Shown here: positions 40,516-50,283 of the stretch, piece after piece | How positions within the stretch are numbered: position 1 is the stretch's first letter | Layout of the letters: each line of letters opens with the position of its first letter | Source of the DNA: an uncultured Gammaproteobacteria bacterium | GTDB lineage: Bacteria > Patescibacteriota > Microgenomatia > Daviesbacterales > UBA10151 | Direction: 5' to 3' | Length of the DNA: 64,000 nt | Assembly (NCBI GenBank): GCA_964500725.1 | Contig: CAZCNP010000002.1 | Span: 197,347-261,346 of the forward strand | Translations under genes and position numbers: made by a program | The notes under the pieces: generated by a model | Databases searched by the model: none | Told to the model about the DNA's origin: nothing | Seen by the model: only the letters and a program-made list of their open reading frames with translations

Positions 40516-41100
40516 ATGGACTCGAAATACAAGTTGATAATTGATTCTTTTGGTAAAGATAGGTTTAAATTTAATGAGCCTTTGAAAGATTATACTGCCT
40601 TGCAGGTAGGTGGGCCTGCAAAACTTTTTTTTATTGCTTTTACTGACAGGGAACTTATTAAAATAGTAGGGATGTGCAGAGATTTAAATCTTCCATTCTT
40701 TCTTTTCGGCACAGGCAGCAAAATAATGATTTCTGATGCAGGATTTAACGGATTGGTCATAAAAAACAGGACCAAAAATATCCAAACAATTTCTGTTAAA
40801 GGCAAAGTTACAAAGTATGGTATAGGTGTAGCTGAAGCCTTAATAGAGGTGGAATCAGGGGTCAGTATAAAAAAATGGATAGAGTATTTAGATTCTCAGG
40901 GTTTAGAATCAGCTGAGTTTAAAAGTATTCCAGGAAGTATTGGAGGAAGTTTGCTGATCAGCAGGTTTTTGCAAAACCGCATCAAAAATATTAAAGTATT
41001 AGACTTAAAATCAGAAGTGGAGGAAATTGATATTGAGACTTTAAGTCCAAAAAAGCATATAATAATATCAGCTGTTTTTAGGATTAAAGCCAAAGGATAA
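40516..41100 (+). CDS. murB: MurB-like protein, FAD-binding N-terminal part only
   Basis: NEPLKDYTALQVGGPA, GTGSK, IPGSIGG; only 194 aa. Confidence 0.8.
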   Translation: MDSKYKLIIDSFGKDRFKFNEPLKDYTALQVGGPAKLFFIAFTDRELIKIVGMCRDLNLPFFLFGTGSKIMISDAGFNGLVIKNRTKNIQTISVKGKVTKYGIGVAEALIEVESGVSIKKWIEYLDSQGLESAEFKSIPGSIGGSLLISRFLQNRIKNIKVLDLKSEVEEIDIETLSPKKHIIISAVFRIKAKG

Positions 41101-41105
41101 GAAAG

Positions 41106-42368
41106 ATGAAATACATTATTAATGGTGGTCATGCACTTAAGGGACGGATTCATATATCGGGAAATAAAAACTCGGTTTTCCCTTGTATTGCTGCAGCGTT
41201 ACTCACTGACGAAGAAGTAGTGTTGGAGAATATTTCAGATTTAAAAGATACGCAAGTTTTAATACAAATCTTAAAAAGATTAGGGGTTGAGGCAAAGCAG
41301 TCAGATTCAAAAGTTGTAATTGCCGCATCAGAAATAAAACGTTTTAGTTTGCCTGAGGATTTAATGTTAAAGCTTAGAGGATCAATAGTTTTAGTGGGAG
41401 CGCTCTTGGGCAGATTGGGAAGGGTAAATTTTTACCATCCTGGGGGAGACATTATTGGTAAAAGAAGCATTGAAACTCATATTGAAGGCTTTAAGGCACT
41501 AGGGGCAGAGATTAAAAGAAACGACTTAAAATATGCTTTAGATTTACCCCAAAAGACACAGGGTGAGGTAATTGATATTTTCCTTTCGGAAGCCTCAGTT
41601 ACTGCTACAGAAAATCTAATTTTGGCATCAGTTTTAAGTAAAAACATTGTGACTTTAAGAAATTGCGCTAAAGAACCGCATATTCTGGATTTAACTCAAA
41701 TGTTAATTCAGATGGGAGCAAAGATTGAAGGAGCAGGTACTGACACTTTAAAAATTACTGGAGTTGAAAAGTTGAGAGGCACTAAGTTTTCAATTGGAGC
41801 AGATTATATAGAGGCTGGTACCTATATTGTGGCTGCTGCTATTACAGGAGGGGAAATAAAAATAGAGGGATTAGGTAATGCTTTTTTGGAACCAGCCTTT
41901 GTGCCACTTCGAGAATTTGGAGTAAATATTCAAAACATTGATGGTGCTATTTTAGTACAACCCTCGAAATTAAAATCTATTTCCAAGCTGGTAACTAATA
42001 TTTGGCCAGGGTTTCCTACAGATTTGATGAGTGTAGCAATAGTGCTGGCTACTCAAGCCCGCGGGATGACTTTGTGCCATGATTGGATGTATGAGGGCAG
42101 GATGTTTTTTATAGATAAACTTATAAATATGGGAGCAAAAATTACTTTGGCAGATCCGCACAGGGTATTGGTTTATGGTCCAAGCAGGTTAAGAGGAAGG
42201 GATTTAGAGAGTCCAGATATTAGAGCAGGGATGGCTTTGGTGGTAGCAGCTTTGGCAGCCAAGGGTCAAAGTACTATTTGTCAGGCAGAGCTTATTGAAA
42301 GAGGGTATGAGGATGTAGTAGAAAAGTTAAGAAGTTTAGGTGTAGAAATCAAAAGAGTTGAAAAGTAA
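41106..42368 (+). CDS. murA: UDP-N-acetylglucosamine 1-carboxyvinyltransferase
   Basis: ISGNKNS, LRGSI, PGGDIIGKR, SVTATEN, AKEPH, WPGFPTDL, DIRAG, IERGYE. Confidence 0.96.
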   Translation: MKYIINGGHALKGRIHISGNKNSVFPCIAAALLTDEEVVLENISDLKDTQVLIQILKRLGVEAKQSDSKVVIAASEIKRFSLPEDLMLKLRGSIVLVGALLGRLGRVNFYHPGGDIIGKRSIETHIEGFKALGAEIKRNDLKYALDLPQKTQGEVIDIFLSEASVTATENLILASVLSKNIVTLRNCAKEPHILDLTQMLIQMGAKIEGAGTDTLKITGVEKLRGTKFSIGADYIEAGTYIVAAAITGGEIKIEGLGNAFLEPAFVPLREFGVNIQNIDGAILVQPSKLKSISKLVTNIWPGFPTDLMSVAIVLATQARGMTLCHDWMYEGRMFFIDKLINMGAKITLADPHRVLVYGPSRLRGRDLESPDIRAGMALVVAALAAKGQSTICQAELIERGYEDVVEKLRSLGVEIKRVEK

Positions 42369-42371
42369 ATT

Positions 42372-43571
42372 ATGGATATTGCAAAACATCCAATTTGGAA
42401 CCAGGTAACTCCTTATAAAACAAAAATCCCTAAGTTTAAAAAACCCCTTCATCTTTTAAAAATATATCTTGCCAAACAGTATGCCAAGTTTTTCCCTGCT
42501 GAAAACTTTATTGGTGTTACTGGGTCTGTGGGAAAAACTACTTGCGTAATAGCATGCACAGCAGTGTTGTCCCAAAAATATAAAACCTTGGTCACTAAAT
42601 CTAATCTAGACCCTATTTTAAATATCCCCTCTACCCTGCTTAAATTAAATCCATCTATCAAAAAAGTAGTTTTGGAAATGGGGATTGAATATAAGGGAGA
42701 AATGGATTTTTATCTTTCCTTGGTTAGGCCAAAAGTTGCTGTTGTTACCAGAATTGCTTATGCGCATAATGAATATCTTGGTGATATAAATGAAATTCTA
42801 CAAGAAAAAGGAAAGCTTGTGGAAAGCTTGGATGAAGATGGGATGGCTATTTTAAACTATGATGATCCAAATTCAAAGAAGTTAGCCCCTCTTTGTAAGG
42901 GAACTGTAGTTTATTATGGTACTGATCCCAAAAATTGCACAGTTTGGGCAGGTAACTCCAAAATAGAAAATTTTGCAACTACTTTTGAGCTAAACCTGGG
43001 AGTGGAAAGAGTTAAAGTAAACTATAAACTATTAGGATTTCATCAAATTTATCCAGCGTTGGCAGCAGCAGCTTTAGGAGTGATATCTGGTGTTCCTTTA
43101 ACAAAAATCAAATTTGGTCTGGAATCAATTGAACCATCAGAGCATCGCTTACAAGTAGTGCAGGGGCCAAATGGTTCACTAATTTTGGATGATACTTATA
43201 ATTCTTCACCAAGCGCTGTGGAAGGGGCAATTGATACACTATTGGCAATGCCTGCCAGAAGAAGAGTGGTAGTTTTGGGAGAGATGAGGGAGCTTGGATC
43301 ATTTTCTGAAAATTTACATAGGCAGATGGCCAGAAGGATTTATAAAGAAAAAATTGATTTAGTATTTTTAGGCCAAGGGGATGCAGTTTTTATTACTGAT
43401 GAGTTAAAAAATTTAGGTTTTTGGGAAGAAAGGGTAGAATCTAATTTACAAAACTCCCAGCTTGTTTCAAAACTTTTAAAAACTTTAGGTAAAGGTGATG
43501 TTTGTTTGATTAAAGGGTCAAGAGCAGTTAGACTGGATGAGGTAGTCAAAAGAATAGCAAAGAAGAGTTAG
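42372..43571 (+). CDS. murF: Mur ligase MurF
   Basis: GVTGSVGKTT, LEMG, DDTYNSSP, LGEMRELG, IKGSR. Confidence 0.9.
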   Translation: MDIAKHPIWNQVTPYKTKIPKFKKPLHLLKIYLAKQYAKFFPAENFIGVTGSVGKTTCVIACTAVLSQKYKTLVTKSNLDPILNIPSTLLKLNPSIKKVVLEMGIEYKGEMDFYLSLVRPKVAVVTRIAYAHNEYLGDINEILQEKGKLVESLDEDGMAILNYDDPNSKKLAPLCKGTVVYYGTDPKNCTVWAGNSKIENFATTFELNLGVERVKVNYKLLGFHQIYPALAAAALGVISGVPLTKIKFGLESIEPSEHRLQVVQGPNGSLILDDTYNSSPSAVEGAIDTLLAMPARRRVVVLGEMRELGSFSENLHRQMARRIYKEKIDLVFLGQGDAVFITDELKNLGFWEERVESNLQNSQLVSKLLKTLGKGDVCLIKGSRAVRLDEVVKRIAKKS

Positions 43572-43637
43572 TTGGTTAGTTCGTTCATAGTTAGTTCGAA
43601 TACTAACTAACGAATCACCAACTAACGAACTAACTAA
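43569..43637. repeat. Low-complexity inverted repeat (TTAG/CTAA units)
   Basis: GTTGGTTAGTTCGTT...AACGAACTAACTAA fills the murF-mraY spacer. Confidence 0.7.
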
Positions 43638-43639
43638 TT

Positions 43640-44647
43640 ATGACACAGCTTTTAGGATTAGTATTACTTTCATTTATTGTGACATCTATTTTTATGGTGC
43701 CTTTTATTGATTTTTTATTTTATTTAAAAAGGCGTTTTGAGAAAAATAAACAAAATAAGCAAAAGTCTGAAACCCCAATACATGATCGGTTAATGAAGGG
43801 AGATATAGATACTCCATCTGGGGGAGGAATACTTCTTGTTTTAATTTTGGTAGTTTTGAGTGTTCTCTATACTATTTTTACCCCAAGCCCTGATAAAGTT
43901 AGTTTGGTAATTTTACTTTTTACAATTGTTTCTTTTGGTTCCCTTGGACTTACTGATGATATAAAACTTATTTTAACCAGAAGGCAGGGGAAGTTTTTAG
44001 GGCTTGGAAGAAAACAAATGCTTTTGGCTCAAGTCACTTTTGCCCTGCTTATTTCTACCATGCTTTATTTTTGGGGAGGGTTAAACAATATTTATATTTC
44101 TGGACTGGGGAATCTTATTATTGATCTTTGGTATATTCCCCTTGCTGCTTTTGTAATTGTTGCCTTTGCCAATGCTTACAATATTTCTGATGGGTTAGAC
44201 GGGCTATCTGCAGGGCTTTTACTTATATGTTTGTTTGCCTTTTTGGCGCTAACTGCTAGAAATTTGGATTTAACACTGGCTTCATTTGTCGGAATTTGGA
44301 TTGGGATATTATTTTCATATTTATATTTTAATGTCTGGCCTGCCAGGATTTTTTTAGGTGATGCAGGAGCTTTTGCTTTTGGGGCAACTCTGGCAGTAGT
44401 CGGGTTACTTACTGGTAAGATTTTAGCTTTAGCAATAATTGGAGGGATGTTTATTGTGATTGTGGCATCATCTTTGCTTCAGATACTTTCTAAGAAATTC
44501 TTAAACAAAAAAGTTTTGCCTGTTGCTCCTATTCATATGTACTTTAAATATATTGGTTGGGAAGAACCCAAAATAGTCAGCAGGTTTTGGTTGGCTGGGG
44601 GAGTATTTGCAATTTTAGGTTTGTGGATAGCTTTAATTTCACGCTAG
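43640..44647 (+). CDS. mraY: Phospho-N-acetylmuramoyl-pentapeptide transferase
   Basis: TPSGGG, GLTDD, NAYNISDGLDGL, FNVWPARIFLGDAG, APIH...GWEE. Confidence 0.93.
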   Translation: MTQLLGLVLLSFIVTSIFMVPFIDFLFYLKRRFEKNKQNKQKSETPIHDRLMKGDIDTPSGGGILLVLILVVLSVLYTIFTPSPDKVSLVILLFTIVSFGSLGLTDDIKLILTRRQGKFLGLGRKQMLLAQVTFALLISTMLYFWGGLNNIYISGLGNLIIDLWYIPLAAFVIVAFANAYNISDGLDGLSAGLLLICLFAFLALTARNLDLTLASFVGIWIGILFSYLYFNVWPARIFLGDAGAFAFGATLAVVGLLTGKILALAIIGGMFIVIVASSLLQILSKKFLNKKVLPVAPIHMYFKYIGWEEPKIVSRFWLAGGVFAILGLWIALISR

Positions 44648-44651
44648 AGAT

Positions 44652-45752
44652 ATGGGTTTTAAAAAGGTAAATCTTTTTTCTCAAACACAAAAACCAGATT
44701 TGTCGTTACTTTTAGTTACTGCTCTTTTGGTAATTTTTGGATTGCTGATTGTTTATGACAGTTCAGCAATTTCTGCTTTTAGAGATTTTGATGACAGCTA
44801 CTATTATATAAAGCAGCAAATTATTTGGACTGTTTTAGGAACAATTTCTTTGTTATTTTTTTCCAAATTTAACTATAATAAATTCCGCTTTCTGGCTGTT
44901 CCTATGCTTTTGGGGTCTTTAGGGCTATTGCTGGCAGTTTTTATTCCCGGGCTTGGGGTGGCAGGAGGAGGAGCTCACCGTTGGTTAAGATTGGGGGGGA
45001 TTACAATCCAGCCTGCTGAAATTATTAAATTAACATCAGTTATATATTTGTCTGTGCTATTTGAGAAAAGGGTTAAACTCATCCCCTTCTTAGTTTTGGT
45101 GGCAGGGGTTTCGGGAGTAACAGCTGTTTTGCAGAAGGATTTAGGGACTACAATTGTTTTTGCAACTACATCTGCTTTTATATATTTTGCAGCAGGAGGA
45201 ACTCTTTGGCATTTTGTTGCAGCTGTTCCTGCAATTGTGGCAGCTTTGGCATTTTTAATATTTACCTCAAGCTATAGAAGCAAAAGAATTATGGCTTTTT
45301 TGGATCCATTTGCTGATCCCCAAGGCTATACTTATCATATTTTTCAAGTATTGCTGGCTTTGGGATCAGGAGGATTATTTGGATTGGGGTTAGGCCAGTC
45401 CAGGCAAAAATTTCAATATATCCCAGAGGTTTCTACAGACTCTATATTTGGGATTGTAGGGGAGGAGCTGGGATTTTTGGGAGGCAGCTTGTTAATAGGA
45501 CTATTTATTTTTCTAATATTAAGAGGGTTGAGGATTGCCAAGAATTGTCCAGATAATTTTGGGAAAATATTAGCTGTGGGAATTACATCCTGGTTAGGAA
45601 TTCAGATTATTGTTAATTTGTCTGCCATGACATCACTTTTACCTTTAACAGGGGTACCTCTTCCTTTTATCTCTTATGGAGGATCAGCTTTAGTTGCCAA
45701 CTTAGCTGCAGTAGGTATCTTGCTTAATATTTCCAAATCTAGTCAGGCTTAA
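44652..45752 (+). CDS. ftsW: SEDS peptidoglycan polymerase FtsW
   Basis: GAHRWL, IQPAEIIK, QKDLGT, GSGGLFGLGLGQSRQK, PEVSTD, PLTGVPLPFISYGGS. Confidence 0.95.
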   Translation: MGFKKVNLFSQTQKPDLSLLLVTALLVIFGLLIVYDSSAISAFRDFDDSYYYIKQQIIWTVLGTISLLFFSKFNYNKFRFLAVPMLLGSLGLLLAVFIPGLGVAGGGAHRWLRLGGITIQPAEIIKLTSVIYLSVLFEKRVKLIPFLVLVAGVSGVTAVLQKDLGTTIVFATTSAFIYFAAGGTLWHFVAAVPAIVAALAFLIFTSSYRSKRIMAFLDPFADPQGYTYHIFQVLLALGSGGLFGLGLGQSRQKFQYIPEVSTDSIFGIVGEELGFLGGSLLIGLFIFLILRGLRIAKNCPDNFGKILAVGITSWLGIQIIVNLSAMTSLLPLTGVPLPFISYGGSALVANLAAVGILLNISKSSQA

Positions 45753-45796
45753 TTGTTAAGATTGGATAATAGTACCATATCTAGTATCATTAACAT

Positions 45797-46888
45797 ATGA
45801 AAGTTTTGGTGACTGGAGCTCATTTTACTCCTGCTTTGGCAACAATTGAGGAGTTAAAGAAAATTGATGGGGTAGAGGTAGTATATATAGGAAGAAAGAC
45901 TACTTTAGAGGGGGATAGCAGTCCATCTATTGAATCCCAAGTTTTACCTTCAAAGGGGATTAAGTTTATCCCAATAATTGCTGGAAGACTGCAAAGAAGT
46001 TTTACCCTCTATACTCTCCCCTCTTTGCTAAAAATTCCAATTGGGGTAATACAGTCTATTTTTATTCTTTTGAAAGAAAAGCCAGATGTGGTTTTGTCTT
46101 TTGGAGGGTATGTGGCAGTGCCAGTTGTTTTTATTGCCTGGCTTTTTTCTATTCCTATTATCATTCATGAGCAAACTCTAGTTTCTGGCCTTGCCAATAA
46201 AATCAGCTCTTTTTTTGCAGATAAAATTGCTGTGTCTTTTAAAGAAGGGGAATTTAAAGGAGAAAAGGTAGTTTTAACAGGAAATCCTATCAGGGGTGAG
46301 ATTGCCCAAATTAGTTCTGATCGAAGACAAGAGGGGAAGCTGCCCACTATTTTAGTGATGGGTGGAAATCAAGGATCGCATATTATTAATCTGGCAATAG
46401 AAGGAATTTTAAAAAAGCTGCTAAAAATGTTTGAAGTTTATCATCAGGCTGGTGATTCCAAATATAAAGATTTTGAAAGGTTAGCAGAGTTTAAAAATTC
46501 GGAAAAATTTGGTGAAAGATATATAGTTAAAAAATGGATAGGGCAAGATTACCAGCAAGTTTTACAAAAAGCAGATTTAGTAATTTCCAGGGCAGGAATA
46601 AATACTTTAACAGAACTGGCATATATAGGAAAACCTGCTTTAGTTATTCCTATCCCCTATCTATATCAAAATGAACAGTTAAAAAATGCTAAATTTTTTG
46701 AAAAAAAAGGATTAGTTCAAGTTTTGCCTCAATCAGAGTTAAACCCTGAAGCACTTTATCAAAAAATTAAAAAAATGCTTCATAATTTAGCAGCCTTAAA
46801 GCAGGCAGCCAAAGAAGCAAAGGGAATAGTAATCCCTGATGCTGTCAAAAGACTGGCTTTGGAAACAGTACTGCTTGGTAGATCTTAA
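45797..46888 (+). CDS. murG: Lipid II GlcNAc transferase MurG
   Basis: SFGGYVAVP, HEQT, GLANK, TGNPIR, GGNQGS, SRAG, NEQLKNA. Confidence 0.93.
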   Translation: MKVLVTGAHFTPALATIEELKKIDGVEVVYIGRKTTLEGDSSPSIESQVLPSKGIKFIPIIAGRLQRSFTLYTLPSLLKIPIGVIQSIFILLKEKPDVVLSFGGYVAVPVVFIAWLFSIPIIIHEQTLVSGLANKISSFFADKIAVSFKEGEFKGEKVVLTGNPIRGEIAQISSDRRQEGKLPTILVMGGNQGSHIINLAIEGILKKLLKMFEVYHQAGDSKYKDFERLAEFKNSEKFGERYIVKKWIGQDYQQVLQKADLVISRAGINTLTELAYIGKPALVIPIPYLYQNEQLKNAKFFEKKGLVQVLPQSELNPEALYQKIKKMLHNLAALKQAAKEAKGIVIPDAVKRLALETVLLGRS

Positions 46889-46903
46889 AGGCGCGCAAAA
46901 ACG

Positions 46904-47746
46904 ATGTGGAAAAGAAGAAGAGTAAAGAAGAGTAAAAATAACCTTAAGATAAAAATTTCTGCTGTTGCTGCTATTTTGTTAGTCTTTTTAGTAGTATTTC
47001 TTTTGTTCAAAAGCGGTCTGTTTACTGTTTCACAAGTAGAAGTTGAAGCTGAAAAGATTGAATGTGTCGGCAGTGACCAGTTAAAGAAGGCCTTCTTAAC
47101 ATCTAAGCAGAATTTTTTTACCTTTGATAAGGAGAAAATAACTGCCAATTTAGCCAAAAAATATATTTGTATAAAAAATTTTACTTTATCAAAAAAGTTA
47201 CCAAATAAATTAATGGTAAAAGTTCAAGGCAGAGATGCAGCAGCAACTTTAACTTCCTTAAAAAGCCAGCCAGCCTCTGCCTCTTCTTTTGTAGAAAATA
47301 TTGCAACCCCTAGCGCAGCAGATTTGTCAGAGCAGTTTTTAGTAGATAATGAAGGAATTATTTTTGCCAAAGCGGAGAATAATTTAAATATCCCAAAAGT
47401 ATATTTATATGGTTTTAATTTATCTTTGGGGCAGCAGTTTGGAAAGGATTTAATTTTAAAGATTTTGCAAGTCTTGGCTAAGGTTAAAACATTTGGGGTT
47501 ACAGTACAGGATAGCTGGGTTAGTGAGGATATTTTTCTGCTTTCTGATAACAATCTTTCCCTCAAAATTATCTTTAGATTAAATGAGGAAATTGATATCC
47601 AACTTGCATCTTTACAATTGATCCTCACAGAAGCTAAAATAAACCGTAGGACTATTCCGACAGGAGTCGGAATTAATTCTAAGGAGTTGGAGTTTATCGA
47701 TTTAAGATTTGATAAACCCATTGTTAAATTTGCCCCTAAAAAATAG
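46904..47746 (+). CDS. ftsQ: FtsQ/DivIB-like protein
   Basis: Basic N-terminus, TM helix, POTRA-like region (KKLPNKLMVKV), C-terminal FIDLRFDKP; lies between murG and ftsA. Confidence 0.8.
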   Translation: MWKRRRVKKSKNNLKIKISAVAAILLVFLVVFLLFKSGLFTVSQVEVEAEKIECVGSDQLKKAFLTSKQNFFTFDKEKITANLAKKYICIKNFTLSKKLPNKLMVKVQGRDAAATLTSLKSQPASASSFVENIATPSAADLSEQFLVDNEGIIFAKAENNLNIPKVYLYGFNLSLGQQFGKDLILKILQVLAKVKTFGVTVQDSWVSEDIFLLSDNNLSLKIIFRLNEEIDIQLASLQLILTEAKINRRTIPTGVGINSKELEFIDLRFDKPIVKFAPKK

Positions 47747-47749
47747 TTT

Positions 47750-49048
47750 ATGGCTAAAGATAGAGTAATTTGCGGAATAGATGTTGGTTCATCAAAAATA
47801 GCCACTTTGATTGCTTCAATTGATGAGCAGGGAAAAATAAACTTAATTGGTGTTTCCTCAACTCCTTCCAAAGGAGTAAAAAAAAGCCAGGTTGTTGATA
47901 TAGAAGAAGCAGTTACAGCTATTACTGAATCTGTTGAAGCAGCAGAAAGAATGGCTGGGTATTCAATTTCCTCCTCATATGTTGCTTTAGGCGGTCCCCA
48001 GATAGAAAGTGTTAACCAGCATGCAGTTGTGGCTGTTTCCGAACCTGAAGGAGAGATAAAAGAATCTGATATCAGAAGGGTTAATGATGCAGCTAGAGCC
48101 TTACCGCTTCCTTCTTCAAGAGAAATCCTGCATGTAATCCCTAGAACTTTTACTGTTGATGGGCAGGAGGGTATTAAAGATCCAATTGGCATGACTGGGG
48201 TAAGACTAGAAACCCAGACTCATATTATTACTGGGGCAACTACTTCTATGAGAAATCTGGTTAAATGTGTGTCTCAAGTTGGTATTGATGTAACTGAGTT
48301 GGTATTTTGTGGTATTTCTGCTGCTATGTCAGTCCTAACTGATACTGAAAAAGAATTAGGAGTAGTTTTAGTAGATATAGGTGGAGAAACTACAGATGTG
48401 GTAATTTTTGTGGATGGATCTGTGGCTTATTCTTCTGTGATTCCAATTGGGGCAAGACATATTACATCTGATATGGCAGTGGGACTAAGAGTTTCACTTG
48501 AGTCGGCAGAGAAAATAAAATTATCATTGGGTAAGTTAGAAAAAAGGCCAGCTTTGGCAGATAGGTTGGAAGAAAGCAGAACAGCTTTAAATAATAAGAA
48601 AAAGGAAGAGGAAGCAATTGATATTAAATCATTAGGTTTGGTGGAGGATATCCAAAAGATTTCCAGAAAAGCTGTAGTTGATGGGATTATCAAGCCAAGG
48701 TTGCAGGAGATTTTTAAGTTTGTTGGAAAAGAGCTTAAAAAGAGTGGATTTGGGACCCAAATACCTTCAGGATTAGTAATTTGTGGAGGAGGAGCACAGA
48801 CAGTTGGAGTATTAGATCAAGCAAAATATGTTTTAGGTTTTCCAGCCAGAGTGGGTCAAATTGAAGGTCTGGCAGGACTGATTGAGGAGATAGATTCACC
48901 TGCATTTGCTGCAGCTGCAGGGTTGATATTATATGGTTCAACACAAACAAGCACAGGACAATTACACCTACCAGTTTTATCTGGAAGTTTGCCAATTAAA
49001 GGGATGATACAAAAAGGGATAGATTTAGTTAAGTCTTTTCTGCCTTAA
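47750..49048 (+). CDS. ftsA: Cell division protein FtsA
   Basis: GIDVGSSKI, PIGMTGVRLE, VDIGGETT, AEKIK, ICGGG, C-terminal amphipathic helix. Confidence 0.96.
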   Translation: MAKDRVICGIDVGSSKIATLIASIDEQGKINLIGVSSTPSKGVKKSQVVDIEEAVTAITESVEAAERMAGYSISSSYVALGGPQIESVNQHAVVAVSEPEGEIKESDIRRVNDAARALPLPSSREILHVIPRTFTVDGQEGIKDPIGMTGVRLETQTHIITGATTSMRNLVKCVSQVGIDVTELVFCGISAAMSVLTDTEKELGVVLVDIGGETTDVVIFVDGSVAYSSVIPIGARHITSDMAVGLRVSLESAEKIKLSLGKLEKRPALADRLEESRTALNNKKKEEEAIDIKSLGLVEDIQKISRKAVVDGIIKPRLQEIFKFVGKELKKSGFGTQIPSGLVICGGGAQTVGVLDQAKYVLGFPARVGQIEGLAGLIEEIDSPAFAAAAGLILYGSTQTSTGQLHLPVLSGSLPIKGMIQKGIDLVKSFLP

Positions 49049-49061
49049 AAATTTTAAGGAC

Positions 49062-49091
49062 TTGATATTTGGAGTGTTGATCTGCTATATT
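49062..49091 (+). promoter_or_regulatory. Putative ftsZ promoter
   Basis: TTGATA (49062) - 18 nt - TATATT (49086) with an extended TG. Confidence 0.5.
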
Positions 49092-49110
49092 CTGCCCGAA
49101 GAGTCTATTT

Positions 49111-50274
49111 ATGTTAATTAAACCTGATGTTCAAAGATTTGCCAAGATAAAAGTAGTAGGTTTGGGTGGTGGTGGATCTAACTCTTTAAACTCCATGATT
49201 TCTCTTCAGCAAATCCAAGGTGTTGAGTTTGTGGCAGTAAATACAGATGCTCAAGCACTAATGAACAATCAGTCTCCTACTAAGGTTCAAATTGGAGAGA
49301 CTTTAACAAAAGGTTTGGGATCTGGAGGAGATCCAGAAGTGGGAAAGCAGGCAGCTGAGGAGTCTACTCAAAAGATTGAAGATGTTTTGCAGGATGCTGA
49401 TATGGTTTTTTTGACAGCTGGTATGGGGGGAGGGACAGGCACAGGATCTATTCCAGTAGTAGCCCAGGTTGCTAAAACCATTGGAGCTTTAACTGTGGCT
49501 GTGGTAACAAAGCCTTTTTCTTTTGAAGGAACTAGAAGGATGGTAGTTGCTGAGGAAGGTTTGGAAAAATTAAGAGATAAGGTTGATGCTTTAATTGTTA
49601 TTCCTAACCAAAGGCTTTTAGAAAATGTAGAGAAAAATATGACTTTACAGGAAGCATTTAAACTGGCTGATTCAGTTTTGGGACAAGGAGTCCAGGGTAT
49701 TTCTGACCTTATTACTATGCCTGGACTTATTAATGTTGATTTTGCTGATGTGAAAACTATTATGAGCAATGCAGGATCTGCTCTTATGGGTATTGGGGTA
49801 GCTGGTGGAGAAAATAGAGCAGCTGCTGCAGCTAGAATGGCTATTGCTTCCCCACTTTTGGAGGTATCAATTGAGGGGGCTAAAGGAGTTCTGTTTAATA
49901 TTGTTGGGGGATCTGATCTTTCTATGACTGAGGTTAACGAGGCAGCCCAGATTATTGCTCAAGCTGCAGATCCTGATGCTAATATTATCTTTGGAGCAAC
50001 CATCAAGGAGGATCAATTAGACCAGGTTAAAATTTCAGTAATAGCTACAGGTTTTGATGAAACCAGAAGAAGACTGCGGGAATATATAGGAAATGGGATT
50101 GGATCTGCATCATTACAATCACAGCCTGGGGCCTGGGCAAGGCAGTCTACTCCAGCAGATGATGTCCAATCTCAGCAAACTGTTTCAGATTCTCAAGATG
50201 AAGCAGAAGAGCAAAAAGCAGAAGATGAGGATGAAGATTTAGAAATTCCTGCATTTTTAAGATCAAGCCGCTAA
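49111..50274 (+). CDS. ftsZ: Cell division protein FtsZ
   Basis: [24 protein letters not shown] tubulin signature, INVDFAD, C-terminal LEIPAFLR. Confidence 0.98.
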   Translation: MLIKPDVQRFAKIKVVGLGGGGSNSLNSMISLQQIQGVEFVAVNTDAQALMNNQSPTKVQIGETLTKGLGSGGDPEVGKQAAEESTQKIEDVLQDADMVFLTAGMGGGTGTGSIPVVAQVAKTIGALTVAVVTKPFSFEGTRRMVVAEEGLEKLRDKVDALIVIPNQRLLENVEKNMTLQEAFKLADSVLGQGVQGISDLITMPGLINVDFADVKTIMSNAGSALMGIGVAGGENRAAAAARMAIASPLLEVSIEGAKGVLFNIVGGSDLSMTEVNEAAQIIAQAADPDANIIFGATIKEDQLDQVKISVIATGFDETRRRLREYIGNGIGSASLQSQPGAWARQSTPADDVQSQQTVSDSQDEAEEQKAEDEDEDLEIPAFLRSSR

Positions 50275-50283
50275 AGTTCTAAT

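Noticed and set aside
47224-48192. 322-aa antisense ORF over ftsQ/ftsA
   Set aside because: Shadow frame of conserved genes; Ser/Thr/Ile-rich with no recognisable motifs.
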